Source: Candidatus Krumholzibacteriota bacterium (GTDB taxonomy: Bacteria > Krumholzibacteriota > Krumholzibacteriia > JAJRXK01). From it: a stretch of DNA of 64,000 bases. The stretch spans positions 96,001-160,000 of the forward strand of contig CAVXTH010000008.1 in the NCBI GenBank assembly GCA_963764625.1, read 5' to 3'. Positions 55,837 through 64,000 of this stretch are shown here, one piece after another (the stretch's first letter is position 1; each line of letters begins with the position of its first letter). A program made the translations under genes and the position numbers. The notes under the pieces are model-generated. The model did no database searches. It had not been told where the DNA came from and was given only the letters and a program-made list of their open reading frames with translations.

Positions 55837-55866
55837 AAGCTAATCGCGGGCCGTTGGCAGTGTCAA
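55837..55866 (-). promoter_or_regulatory. Sigma70 promoter for tRNA-His-hisS
   Basis: TTGACA-N18-TAGCTT ending 12 bp before tRNA position +1. Confidence 0.7.
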
Positions 55867-56004
55867 GGAAGCCACTGCGGGAAACCCCGCTATTTCGATC
55901 CGAATCGAGGTCTGCGGATTGTCTTGGACCCCCGCAGGGGTCCGACTATCTTCTTGGGCGCAAATCGCTGCTGCTATTTTTCCTTTAACCGGGACGGAAT
56001 CTTC

Positions 56005-57162
56005 ATGTTGACCGCCTTCGTTCCCAGGGAAACACACCCTGGCGAGACCCGGGTGGCGGCGACCCCGGACACCGTGGCACGGCTCATCAAGGCCGGATTC
56101 GCGGTGTCGGTGCAAGCCCAAGCCGGGGAGGGTGCCTATATCAGCGACGACGCCTACCGGAAGGCCGGGGCCACGGTCGTGGCCGACGCGCCCACGGGCT
56201 ATGGGGCCGCCGACTTGGTGCTCAAATATCATCCGCCGCAACCCACCGAAGTGGAGCAGATGAAGCAGGGCACCCTGCTCATCTCCTTCCTCTATCCCAC
56301 CCGCAATCTGGATCTCGTGCGCGCGCTCGCGGCCAAGCAGATGAGCTGTCTGGCCATGGACTGCATGCCGCGGATCACGCGCGCCCAGAAAATGGACGCG
56401 CTCAGCTCGCAGGCCAACATCTCCGGCTACAAGGCCGTGATCATGGCCGCGAACCACCTGCCTAAGATCTTCCCCATGATGACGACCCCGGCCGGCACCA
56501 TCAAACCGGCCCACGTGGTCATCCTGGGAGCGGGGGTGGCGGGCCTGCAGGCGGTCGCCACCGCGAAGCGCCTGGGCGCCATCGTCGAGGTGAGTGACGT
56601 GCGGCCGGCGGTGAAGGAACAGGTCGAAAGCCTGGGCGGCAAGTACATCGAAGTTCCCCCCGACGAGAACGCGGACGCGGTCGAGGACAAGGACGGCTAC
56701 GCGAAAGAGCAGAGCGCCGAATTCCTCGCCCGTCAGCGCGAGCTGGTGAAGGCGCGAATCGAGCAAGCGGACGTGGTCATCACCACCGCCGCCATTCCCG
56801 GCAAGCCGGCCCCCAAGCTGGTCACGGCCGAGATGGTGGAGAACATGCGCGTGGGTTCGGTCGTCGTCGACCTGGCGGTCGAGACCGGCGGAAACTGCGA
56901 ACTGAGCGTTCCCGGGGAGACGGTGGTAAAGCACGGCGTGACTCTGGTGGGAATGAAGAACGTTCCCGGGTTGGTCCCGGTCAACTCCTCGGAAATGTAC
57001 GCCAAGAACATTCTGAACCTCATCACCGACATGACGGATCGCGAGGGGAACTTCCGCGTCGATCTCGAGGATGCCGCCGTCGGCGGATGCACCGTCATCC
57101 ACGAGGGCAAGATCGTCCACTCCGCCACCGCCGAGGCGATGGGCGGGAAGGGAGAACAGTAG
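56005..57162 (+). CDS. pntA: NAD(P) transhydrogenase alpha subunit, domain I
   Basis: ETRVAATP, PRITRAQKMDALSSQ, GAGVAGL, GGNCE. Confidence 0.95.
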   Translation: MLTAFVPRETHPGETRVAATPDTVARLIKAGFAVSVQAQAGEGAYISDDAYRKAGATVVADAPTGYGAADLVLKYHPPQPTEVEQMKQGTLLISFLYPTRNLDLVRALAAKQMSCLAMDCMPRITRAQKMDALSSQANISGYKAVIMAANHLPKIFPMMTTPAGTIKPAHVVILGAGVAGLQAVATAKRLGAIVEVSDVRPAVKEQVESLGGKYIEVPPDENADAVEDKDGYAKEQSAEFLARQRELVKARIEQADVVITTAAIPGKPAPKLVTAEMVENMRVGSVVVDLAVETGGNCELSVPGETVVKHGVTLVGMKNVPGLVPVNSSEMYAKNILNLITDMTDREGNFRVDLEDAAVGGCTVIHEGKIVHSATAEAMGGKGEQ

Positions 57163-57164
57163 CC

Positions 57165-57446
57165 ATGTCACCATTCATGATGGGGCTCACGGTTTTCGTG
57201 CTAGCCATTTTCTTGGGCGTCGAACTCATCACGAAAGTGCCGCCGACCCTACACACTCCGCTCATGTCGGGTGCGAATGCCATTTCCGGCATCACGATCG
57301 TCGGCGCGCTCTACTGCGCGCAAACCGGGCGCGTGAGCACGGCCAACATTCTCGGTTTCGTGGCCATCACCGTGGCCATGATCAACGTGGTGGGTGGCTT
57401 CATGGTCACCGACCGCATGTTGCAGATGTTCAAGAGGAAGGGGTAA
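57165..57446 (+). CDS. pntA: NAD(P) transhydrogenase alpha subunit, membrane part (split alpha2)
   Basis: VPPTLHTPLMSGANAISG, INVVGGFMVTDRML. Confidence 0.95.
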   Translation: MSPFMMGLTVFVLAIFLGVELITKVPPTLHTPLMSGANAISGITIVGALYCAQTGRVSTANILGFVAITVAMINVVGGFMVTDRMLQMFKRKG

Positions 57447-57449
57447 TCG

Positions 57450-58904
57450 ATGTTGAGCAACCTCATTCCTCTGGGATACCTGTTATCCACCGCGTTCTTC
57501 ATCTTCGGGATCAAGCGCCTTTCGAAAGTGCGGACGGCTCGTCACGGAAATCAGCTCGCCGGCTTCGGAATGTTCCTCGCCATCGTGCTGACCGTGCTCG
57601 ACATCAACCTGAAGGCCGGCCAACCCGTCGACTACCGCTACATGATCGCGGGCGTGATTTTGGGAAGCCTGTTGGGGGCCGTCGCGTCGATCCGAGTGCA
57701 GATGACCCAGATGCCCGAGATGGTGGCCGTGTTCAACGGCTTCGGCGGAATGGCCTCGGCCCTGGTCGGACTGAGCGTGGTGTGGCGCGCGGTGCACAGC
57801 ACCATGGCCATGCCCGGTCACACCGGCACTCTGGAGGTTCATCGTATCCTGGGCGGCATGGACGTGGCGGTATCCACCGTCCTCTCCTTGTTGGTCGGTG
57901 CCGTCACTCTGACCGGAAGTCTGGTGGCCTACGCCAAGCTGGCGGGCAAGATGACCGGCAATCCCATCATGGTGCCTGGCAGGCACATCCTGAACGGGGT
58001 TCTCTTTGCCTTCGCGCTGGCGGTCGCGGGCATGCTCGCTTTCGGCAGCTACTCGGGATTCGTCGTTCTCGGTCTCTGCCTCGCCGTGTTGGCCGCCTCG
58101 CTCATCCTGGGGGTCATGGCGGTCATTCCCATCGGTGGCGCGGACATGCCGGTCGTCATCTCGCTGCTCAATTCCTATTCGGGAATCGCGGCGGCCATGA
58201 CCGGATTCGTGCTCCGGAACAACTTGCTCATCGTCTCGGGCTCCTTGGTCGGCGCCTCGGGGATCATCCTCTCGGAGATCATGTGCAAGGCCATGAACCG
58301 CAGCCTCGGCAACGTGCTCGTCGGCGGATTCGGGGGCGACGCCTCGACTGGCAGCAGCGAGGGCTACACGAACATCACGCAGTCCTCGCCGGAAGAGATG
58401 GCGATGATTCTCGAGGATGCCGAATCGGTGGTCTTCGTGCCCGGCTACGGGCTGGCGGTCGCCCAGGCGCAGCACGTCACCAAGGAACTCGCGGGGCTCC
58501 TGGAGAAACACGGCACCAAGGTATCCTATGCCATCCACCCGGTGGCGGGGCGCATGCCCGGACACATGAACGTGCTCCTGGCGGAAGCGGACGTGCCCTA
58601 CGAGCAACTCATCGAGATGGACGACATCAACCCCGAGTTCAAAACCACCGACGTGGCCATCATCTTGGGCGCGAACGACGTGGTGAATCCGGCCGCGATC
58701 AACGATCCCAACAGCCCCATCGCGGGAATGCCGATCCTCAACGTCTACGAGGCTCGCACCGTGTTCATCATCAAGCGTTCGCTGTCGCCCGGGTTCGCGG
58801 GCATCCGCAACGAGCTTTTCGACTACGACAACGCGATCATGGTGTTCGGGGACGCGAAGAAGGTTCTCACCGAAGTCGTCAACGAGGTGAAGGAATCCTT
58901 CTGA
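57450..58904 (+). CDS. pntB: NAD(P) transhydrogenase beta subunit
   Basis: MTQMPEMVA, PIGGADMP, HPVAGRMPGHMNVLL. Confidence 0.96.
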   Translation: MLSNLIPLGYLLSTAFFIFGIKRLSKVRTARHGNQLAGFGMFLAIVLTVLDINLKAGQPVDYRYMIAGVILGSLLGAVASIRVQMTQMPEMVAVFNGFGGMASALVGLSVVWRAVHSTMAMPGHTGTLEVHRILGGMDVAVSTVLSLLVGAVTLTGSLVAYAKLAGKMTGNPIMVPGRHILNGVLFAFALAVAGMLAFGSYSGFVVLGLCLAVLAASLILGVMAVIPIGGADMPVVISLLNSYSGIAAAMTGFVLRNNLLIVSGSLVGASGIILSEIMCKAMNRSLGNVLVGGFGGDASTGSSEGYTNITQSSPEEMAMILEDAESVVFVPGYGLAVAQAQHVTKELAGLLEKHGTKVSYAIHPVAGRMPGHMNVLLAEADVPYEQLIEMDDINPEFKTTDVAIILGANDVVNPAAINDPNSPIAGMPILNVYEARTVFIIKRSLSPGFAGIRNELFDYDNAIMVFGDAKKVLTEVVNEVKESF

Positions 58905-58952
58905 GATCAGACCGGATCAAAGGCGGCTGAGAGTTTCGCCGTCGATGGAATG

Positions 58953-58984
58953 AACGCCCTCCGGCTCTGGCGGGGGGCGTTTTC
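58953..58984. terminator. Intrinsic terminator after pntB, probably bidirectional
   Basis: GAACGCCCTCCG...CGGGGGGCGTTTTC hairpin followed by T residues. Confidence 0.6.
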
Positions 58985-60221
58985 ATTCGGGCTCGACCCA
59001 ATACAGCCGGTGCACGACCACCGGTTCGGCCAGGACCCTGAGGGTAGGACTCAGCTCGGTGATGTCCACCAGGCGCCCCGATTCGGTCTGAACCCGCAGC
59101 CCTTTGCGCCCCTCCTCAGGAGAGTAGGGACGATAGGGAACGTCGGCCGCGCGATCGACCCACACCGCGCAGCTCGGATCCAGGCCGTCCGTCGTCGCGC
59201 GTTCCTTCTGGCGCTCGAACTCGTCCTTTAGCGCCTCGCTGCCCCGGTCGGAGGAGAGGGCGCGCAGCGGTCGGCGGAAGCGCAGGGCCCTGGCCAGCGC
59301 CCGCACCGTCGCATCCTCGTGGTTCACCAGAGCATCCAGGTCGACGAGAAAGTGCGCGTCGGTCAGGGTGAGATAGCGCTGAAGCGAAATCGTTTTCTCG
59401 TGCAGGATATGCATCACCCGGCACTCGGCGGGCGTGGCGTCGGGCCCCAGGAGTTGCAAGCGCCGACACAGCCCGCGGAACGCGGTCTCGAACCCGCGCC
59501 CGGTCTTGTGCAGATAGACGTTCTGGAACATGTGGTAGCGCCCGATGAGATACTGCTCGACCGCGCTCCGTCCCTGCTCCACCACCAAAACCGCCTTGCG
59601 GTCGCGGCTGGGCACCATGGCCCGGATCAACCAATCGCGGTCGATCGAACCGTAGTGCGTGCCGGTGTGCAGGGAATCGCGCCGAAGGTAATCCATCCGG
59701 TCACAGTCGAGCGCGCTGGATACGAGATCGCACAACCAGATGAACCCACTCTCTTGAACCGCACCGCAGAGCAGTTGGTGCACGCGGTCCTTGGTTCCCG
59801 GGAGAATCTCCTCGAGCCGCGCGGGCACGCTGGGCCCCTGGGTCACCAGCTCGCGGGTCCATTCTTCGTGTTTGCGCTGGACGACGGCTTCGAAGGTGTG
59901 GCTGAAGGGGCCGTGCCCCAGGTCGTGCAGCAGACAGGCCAGCGCGGTGGCGATGAACCATTCCGGAGGGATTTCGGCGCCGGCCGCAAGCAACTGGCGC
60001 ATCGTGCGCTGGCAGCCCTGGAAGGCCCCGAGACTGTGCGCAAAGCGCGTATGGGTGGCGCCGGGATAGACCAGTTCGGTGAACCCGAGTTGTTTTACCT
60101 GGCGCAGGCGCTGCAGTTCGGGGCTGTCGATCAGTTCTCGCACCGCCCCGGCCGGAACTCCGGGAAGACGGTCCAGGTCGATGAGCCCCTCGACCGGGTC
60201 CTTGATCTTGGTCGTGGCCAT
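58983..60221 (-). CDS. HD-domain phosphohydrolase (dNTPase/SAMHD1-like family)
   Basis: QRLRQVKQLG, HTRFAHSLG, HDLGHGPFSH, DCDRMDYL. Confidence 0.9.
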   Translation of the reverse strand: MATTKIKDPVEGLIDLDRLPGVPAGAVRELIDSPELQRLRQVKQLGFTELVYPGATHTRFAHSLGAFQGCQRTMRQLLAAGAEIPPEWFIATALACLLHDLGHGPFSHTFEAVVQRKHEEWTRELVTQGPSVPARLEEILPGTKDRVHQLLCGAVQESGFIWLCDLVSSALDCDRMDYLRRDSLHTGTHYGSIDRDWLIRAMVPSRDRKAVLVVEQGRSAVEQYLIGRYHMFQNVYLHKTGRGFETAFRGLCRRLQLLGPDATPAECRVMHILHEKTISLQRYLTLTDAHFLVDLDALVNHEDATVRALARALRFRRPLRALSSDRGSEALKDEFERQKERATTDGLDPSCAVWVDRAADVPYRPYSPEEGRKGLRVQTESGRLVDITELSPTLRVLAEPVVVHRLYWVEPE

Positions 60222-60313
60222 TCTTCCCCCCCTTTTAGCCGGGTGGAGACTAGCGCCTTGGGGTGGGCGGAGGCTACCGTGGATGCGAAGATCTCTGCTA
60301 GAGTACAGCCGCC

Positions 60314-61213
60314 ATGAACCCCTCCGGCTCCGTGAGCATCACCCAAGTCTCTGAGCTTCTCGCTCTGACCGAGTCCGATCGGCGCTGGGGATGTGAGATC
60401 CTGGATCTCCGCTCCGGGGGGCGCGCCGCCTCCTGCCATCTGCCGGGCAGCGCCTCCTTGCCCCTGGGCCCCGGGCAGGATTTCGCCTCCGCTCTGCCGG
60501 CCCACATGCTCGCCCCGGCGGGCTCCTCCCTGATCGTCCTGGACGAGACGGCGGCGCGGGCGCGCGCGGCGGCCGAGCACCTGGCGGGTCGAGGCTATCG
60601 GGCCCGGTGGTTCGCCGGAGAGCTCGAGGGGCTCCCCTGGCAGCCCGGCCCCAGTTCAGGGGCGCTTTGGAGCCCCGACCCCTTTCTGGCCGACCACCTC
60701 TCGCTCCTCCCCGAGCCGGTCGAGGGCCGGGTGGCCGATTGGGGCGCGGGAAACGGACGCAATGCGGTCTTTCTGGCCTCCCAGGGCTATCGGGTCCACT
60801 GCTATGACCGCCTGCCGGACACCCTGGCCCTGGCCCGGGACCGCGCCCGGCGCCATGGGCTGAAAGAATTCGTCACGACACATCAAGAAATGTTGGGACA
60901 TGACTCCAAGTTCCACGAGGCGCCCTTCGCGGCGATCCTGATGATCCGATTCCATGAAAAATCTTTGATGGAAGGGCTGCGGGCGTGGCTGCGGCCGGGG
61001 GGAGTGGTGCTCGTGCATACCTATGCGCAGGCACCCCGTCTCGAGGAGGGAGTCCGGGGGCCCCGGCGGGCCCGGTATCACCTCACTGTGAAGGAGGCGG
61101 AGCGCCTGTTCCCCGCGAGGGAGTGGACCTTCCTGGAGCGCTCGGGCGCCTTGGAGCGGCCGGACGAGCCCATGATCGCCTTCGTGGCGCGCCCGCGCGG
61201 CTCGGAAGGCTAG
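60314..61213 (+). CDS. Rhodanese-like domain fused to a TehB-like class I SAM methyltransferase
   Basis: ILDLR...HLPGS rhodanese start; DWGAGNGRNAVFLASQGY and LRPGG methyltransferase motifs. Confidence 0.75.
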   Translation: MNPSGSVSITQVSELLALTESDRRWGCEILDLRSGGRAASCHLPGSASLPLGPGQDFASALPAHMLAPAGSSLIVLDETAARARAAAEHLAGRGYRARWFAGELEGLPWQPGPSSGALWSPDPFLADHLSLLPEPVEGRVADWGAGNGRNAVFLASQGYRVHCYDRLPDTLALARDRARRHGLKEFVTTHQEMLGHDSKFHEAPFAAILMIRFHEKSLMEGLRAWLRPGGVVLVHTYAQAPRLEEGVRGPRRARYHLTVKEAERLFPAREWTFLERSGALERPDEPMIAFVARPRGSEG

Positions 61214-61219
61214 GGCCGT

Positions 61220-63697
61220 CTAGCTCTCGTCGGCCTCGTCTTCGTCGTTCTCCAGCTCCGAACTCGTGGCGACCGGCGCCACCGTCGCCACCGCGTCCTC
61301 TTCGTCCAGATTGATGAGGCGTACGCCCTGGGTGTTGCGTCCCATGCTGGAGATGCTGTCCATCGCCATCTTGATCACGATTCCGTTGCGGGTGATCACC
61401 ATGAGACTCTCTTCCTCCCGCGCGAGCTGCACGCCGACCAAAGGACCGTTGCGGCGGGTGATGTTCATCGTGATGATTCCCTTTCCGCCCCGGCCCTGCG
61501 GCCGGTACTCGTCCAACGGCGTCCTCTTTCCGTAACCGTTCTCGGTCACCGAGAGCACGCTCACCTCCTCGGCGGGATCGGTCACGATCATTCCCACCAC
61601 GCGATCGTCCCCGGAGGAGAGCTCGATGCCCTTCACGCCGCGAGCCGTGCGCCCCATGGGCCGCACGTCGTTCTCGTCGAAGCGGATCGACTTCCCCGAC
61701 CTGAGGGCCAGAATGACGTGATTCGTCCCGTCGGTGAGGGCCGCATCCATGAGGCGGTCCCCCTCGACGATGTCGATGGCGCGGATGCCCGAACGGCGGA
61801 TGTTGGAGAACTGATCGAGGGAGGTCCGTTTCACCAGACCCGCCTCGGTCACGAAGAGCACATAGTGGTCTTCGTCGAATTCACCCGGCACCGGTACGAT
61901 GGCACGCACGATCTCGTCTTTTTCCAGGAGTAGCAGATTGACGATCGCCTTCCCCTTGGCGGCGCGTCCGGCCTGGGGAATCTGGTGCACTTTCAACCAG
62001 TGGCAGCGGCCGCTGCTGGTGAACACGAGAAGGTACTGGTGGGTGTTGGCCACGAAGAGATGCTCGACCCAGTCCTCGTCCTTGAGGGTCGCTCCCGTCA
62101 CGCCGCGGCCGCCGCGACCCTGCAACCGATAGGTGTCCACCGGAAGCCTCTTGACGTACTGGCCGTGGCTGATCGTCACGACCATGTCTTCCTCCGGAAT
62201 GAGATCCTCGAGAGAAAGGTCTCCCTCGACGTCGACGATCTCGGTGCGCCTCTCGTCTCCGAATTTCTCCCGCAGATCCAGGAGCTCGTCCTTGATGATC
62301 GAGAGCTGCATGCTCCGGCTGGCGAGAATGCTGCGCAGCCGTTCGATTTCTTGAATGAGCTCGAAATACTCCTTCTCGATCTTGTCGCGCTCGAGCCCGG
62401 TCAATCTCTGCAGGCGCAGATCCAGAATGGCCTGGGCTTGGATCTCGCTCAGCTCGAATCGCTCCATGAGACGGTTGCGCGCGGTAGAGGGGTCCGGGCT
62501 CTTCTTGATGAGTTCGACCACTTCGTCGATGTTCTCCAGGGCGATCCGATAGCCTTCGAGAATGTGCGCGCGCGCCTCCGCTTTCCGTAGCTCGAACTCG
62601 GTGCGGCGCACCACGACCTCTTCGCGAAACTTCAGATACTCCACCATCATGTCTTTGAGGCTCAGAAGTCTCGGCTGCGTGCCGACCAGGGCGATGTTGT
62701 TGACGCCGAAGGTGGACTGCATGTTCGTGTGCTTGAAGAGCTGGTTCAGCACGACTTCGCGGTGCGCATCTTTCTTGAGCTGAATGACGATACGCATTCC
62801 CTTGCGATCGCTCTCGTCGGCCAGATCGGCGATTCCCTCGATGAGCCCGCCGCGCACGTGCTGCGCGATCTTCTGGATCAACTCCGACTTGTTCACGAAG
62901 TAGGGAATCTCGGTGACGATGATGGCTTCGCGTCCGTTCTTGAGTTCCTCGGTCTCGCACCGCGCGCGCATCACGATGCGCCCGCGGCCGGTCGCGATGT
63001 AATCGACGATTCCCTGGCGGCCGTGGATGATTCCGCCGGTGGGAAAATCGGGTCCCTTGACGAACTCCAAGAGCTCGATGTCATCCAGCTCGGGATCCTC
63101 GAGCAGAGCCCCGAGACCGTCGATGATCTCCCGCAGGTTGTGGGGCGGGCAGTTGGTCGCCATGCCGACCGCGATCCCGGTGCTTCCGTTCACCAGGAGA
63201 TTGGGAATGGCGCTGGGAAGAACCGAGGGCATTTCCCGCGAGCCATCGTAGTTGGGAACGAAGTCGACGGTTTCCTTGTCGAGGTCGCGCAGGATTTCCA
63301 TGGCGAAGGGGGCGAGCCGCGCCTCGGTGTATCGTTCGGCGGCGGGGCTGTCGCCGTCGACCGAACCGAAGTTGCCCTGGCCATCCACCAGCGGATATCT
63401 CAGGGAAAAGTCTTGCGCCATGCGCACCAGGGTGTCGTAGACGGCGGCCGTACCGTGGGGGTGATAGTTACCCGTGGTGTCACCGGTGATCTTCGCGCTC
63501 TTGCGATAGGGCCGGCCCGGCGAGAGGTTGAGATCGTTCATCGCGGTGAGGACCCGGCGATGCACCGGTTTGAGACCATCGCGAACGTCCGGCAGCGCGC
63601 GGGATATGATCACGGACATCGAATAGTCCAGATACGCGGACTTCATTTTGATTTCGATGTTTACCGTCTTGATGCGATCTTGCGATTCTTCCGCCAT
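61220..63697 (-). CDS. gyrA: DNA gyrase subunit A
   Basis: [23 protein letters not shown] (catalytic Tyr), GyrA-box QGRGGRG, beta-pinwheel repeats. Confidence 0.97.
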   Translation of the reverse strand: MAEESQDRIKTVNIEIKMKSAYLDYSMSVIISRALPDVRDGLKPVHRRVLTAMNDLNLSPGRPYRKSAKITGDTTGNYHPHGTAAVYDTLVRMAQDFSLRYPLVDGQGNFGSVDGDSPAAERYTEARLAPFAMEILRDLDKETVDFVPNYDGSREMPSVLPSAIPNLLVNGSTGIAVGMATNCPPHNLREIIDGLGALLEDPELDDIELLEFVKGPDFPTGGIIHGRQGIVDYIATGRGRIVMRARCETEELKNGREAIIVTEIPYFVNKSELIQKIAQHVRGGLIEGIADLADESDRKGMRIVIQLKKDAHREVVLNQLFKHTNMQSTFGVNNIALVGTQPRLLSLKDMMVEYLKFREEVVVRRTEFELRKAEARAHILEGYRIALENIDEVVELIKKSPDPSTARNRLMERFELSEIQAQAILDLRLQRLTGLERDKIEKEYFELIQEIERLRSILASRSMQLSIIKDELLDLREKFGDERRTEIVDVEGDLSLEDLIPEEDMVVTISHGQYVKRLPVDTYRLQGRGGRGVTGATLKDEDWVEHLFVANTHQYLLVFTSSGRCHWLKVHQIPQAGRAAKGKAIVNLLLLEKDEIVRAIVPVPGEFDEDHYVLFVTEAGLVKRTSLDQFSNIRRSGIRAIDIVEGDRLMDAALTDGTNHVILALRSGKSIRFDENDVRPMGRTARGVKGIELSSGDDRVVGMIVTDPAEEVSVLSVTENGYGKRTPLDEYRPQGRGGKGIITMNITRRNGPLVGVQLAREEESLMVITRNGIVIKMAMDSISSMGRNTQGVRLINLDEEDAVATVAPVATSSELENDEDEADES

Positions 63698-63709
63698 TCT
63701 CTGCTCCTG

Positions 63710-64000
63710 CTAGATATCCAGCTGCTCGAGGTCGACCGAGGAGGCGTTATCTTCGATGAACTTCCGCCGCGGCTCGACGAGTTCTCCCATGAGCATGGTG
63801 AAGACCCGATCGGCCTCCTGCTCGTGGAATTCGTCATCGCCCAGGTACACGCGCGTGAGCGTTCTCGTTTCGGGATTCATCGTGGTTTCCCAGAGCTGCT
63901 CCGGATTCATCTCACCCAGGCCCTTGTAGCGCTGCACGTAGACCCCCTTGCTCCCTCCCAGCAGCTCGATGAATTTGTCGCGCTCGGCCTCGGTGTGCGC
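63710..64000 (-). CDS. gyrB: DNA gyrase subunit B, C-terminal end (partial)
   Basis: [19 protein letters not shown]...[13 protein letters not shown], directly upstream of gyrA. Confidence 0.95.
   Translation of the reverse strand, partial: AHTEAERDKFIELLGGSKGVYVQRYKGLGEMNPEQLWETTMNPETRTLTRVYLGDDEFHEQEADRVFTMLMGELVEPRRKFIEDNASSVDLEQLDI

Noticed and set aside
55747-56004. N-terminal extension of pntA
   Set aside because: It overlaps the tRNA-His gene and its promoter; PntA homology starts at ATG 56005.

Overview
GC-rich bacterial chromosomal segment. Two predicted secreted proteins carry a C-terminal (S/T)-(W/F)-G-x-L-K motif, which suggests an FCB-superphylum candidate lineage such as Krumholzibacteriota or Eisenbacteria; this is an inference, not confirmed. 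From left to right the window holds: a partial adenosine deaminase and a stop-interrupted beta-helix protein; a ~21 kb copper/heavy-metal cluster (cusC/B/A-like RND pump, Cu(I) P1B ATPase, DUF3347, DUF2231, DUF302, a sigma54 response regulator and His kinase split by arsM and a PLP lyase) with an embedded four-gene ECF sigma / anti-sigma-CBM48 / beta-barrel-CBM48 / secreted helical protein module; mltF-like, radical SAM, STAND-like, MarC and transporter genes; two tandem VPS10-type proteins; frameshifted RDD, degP and SGNH genes; gltA; a radical SAM-MBOAT-SGNH cluster; hisS with tRNA-His; pntAB; gyrA and partial gyrB. The strongest findings are (1) a tRNA-His without an encoded G-1, with G1-U72 and A73, next to an alphaproteobacterial-type HisRS; (2) the CBM48-ECF module with two matching putative ECF promoters; (3) a shared enhancer motif, an IHF site and -24/-12 elements pointing to a sigma54 copper regulon. 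Six single-base frameshifts between 42.7 and 54 kb suggest long-read consensus errors. No CRISPR, rRNA, integrase or transposase was seen.
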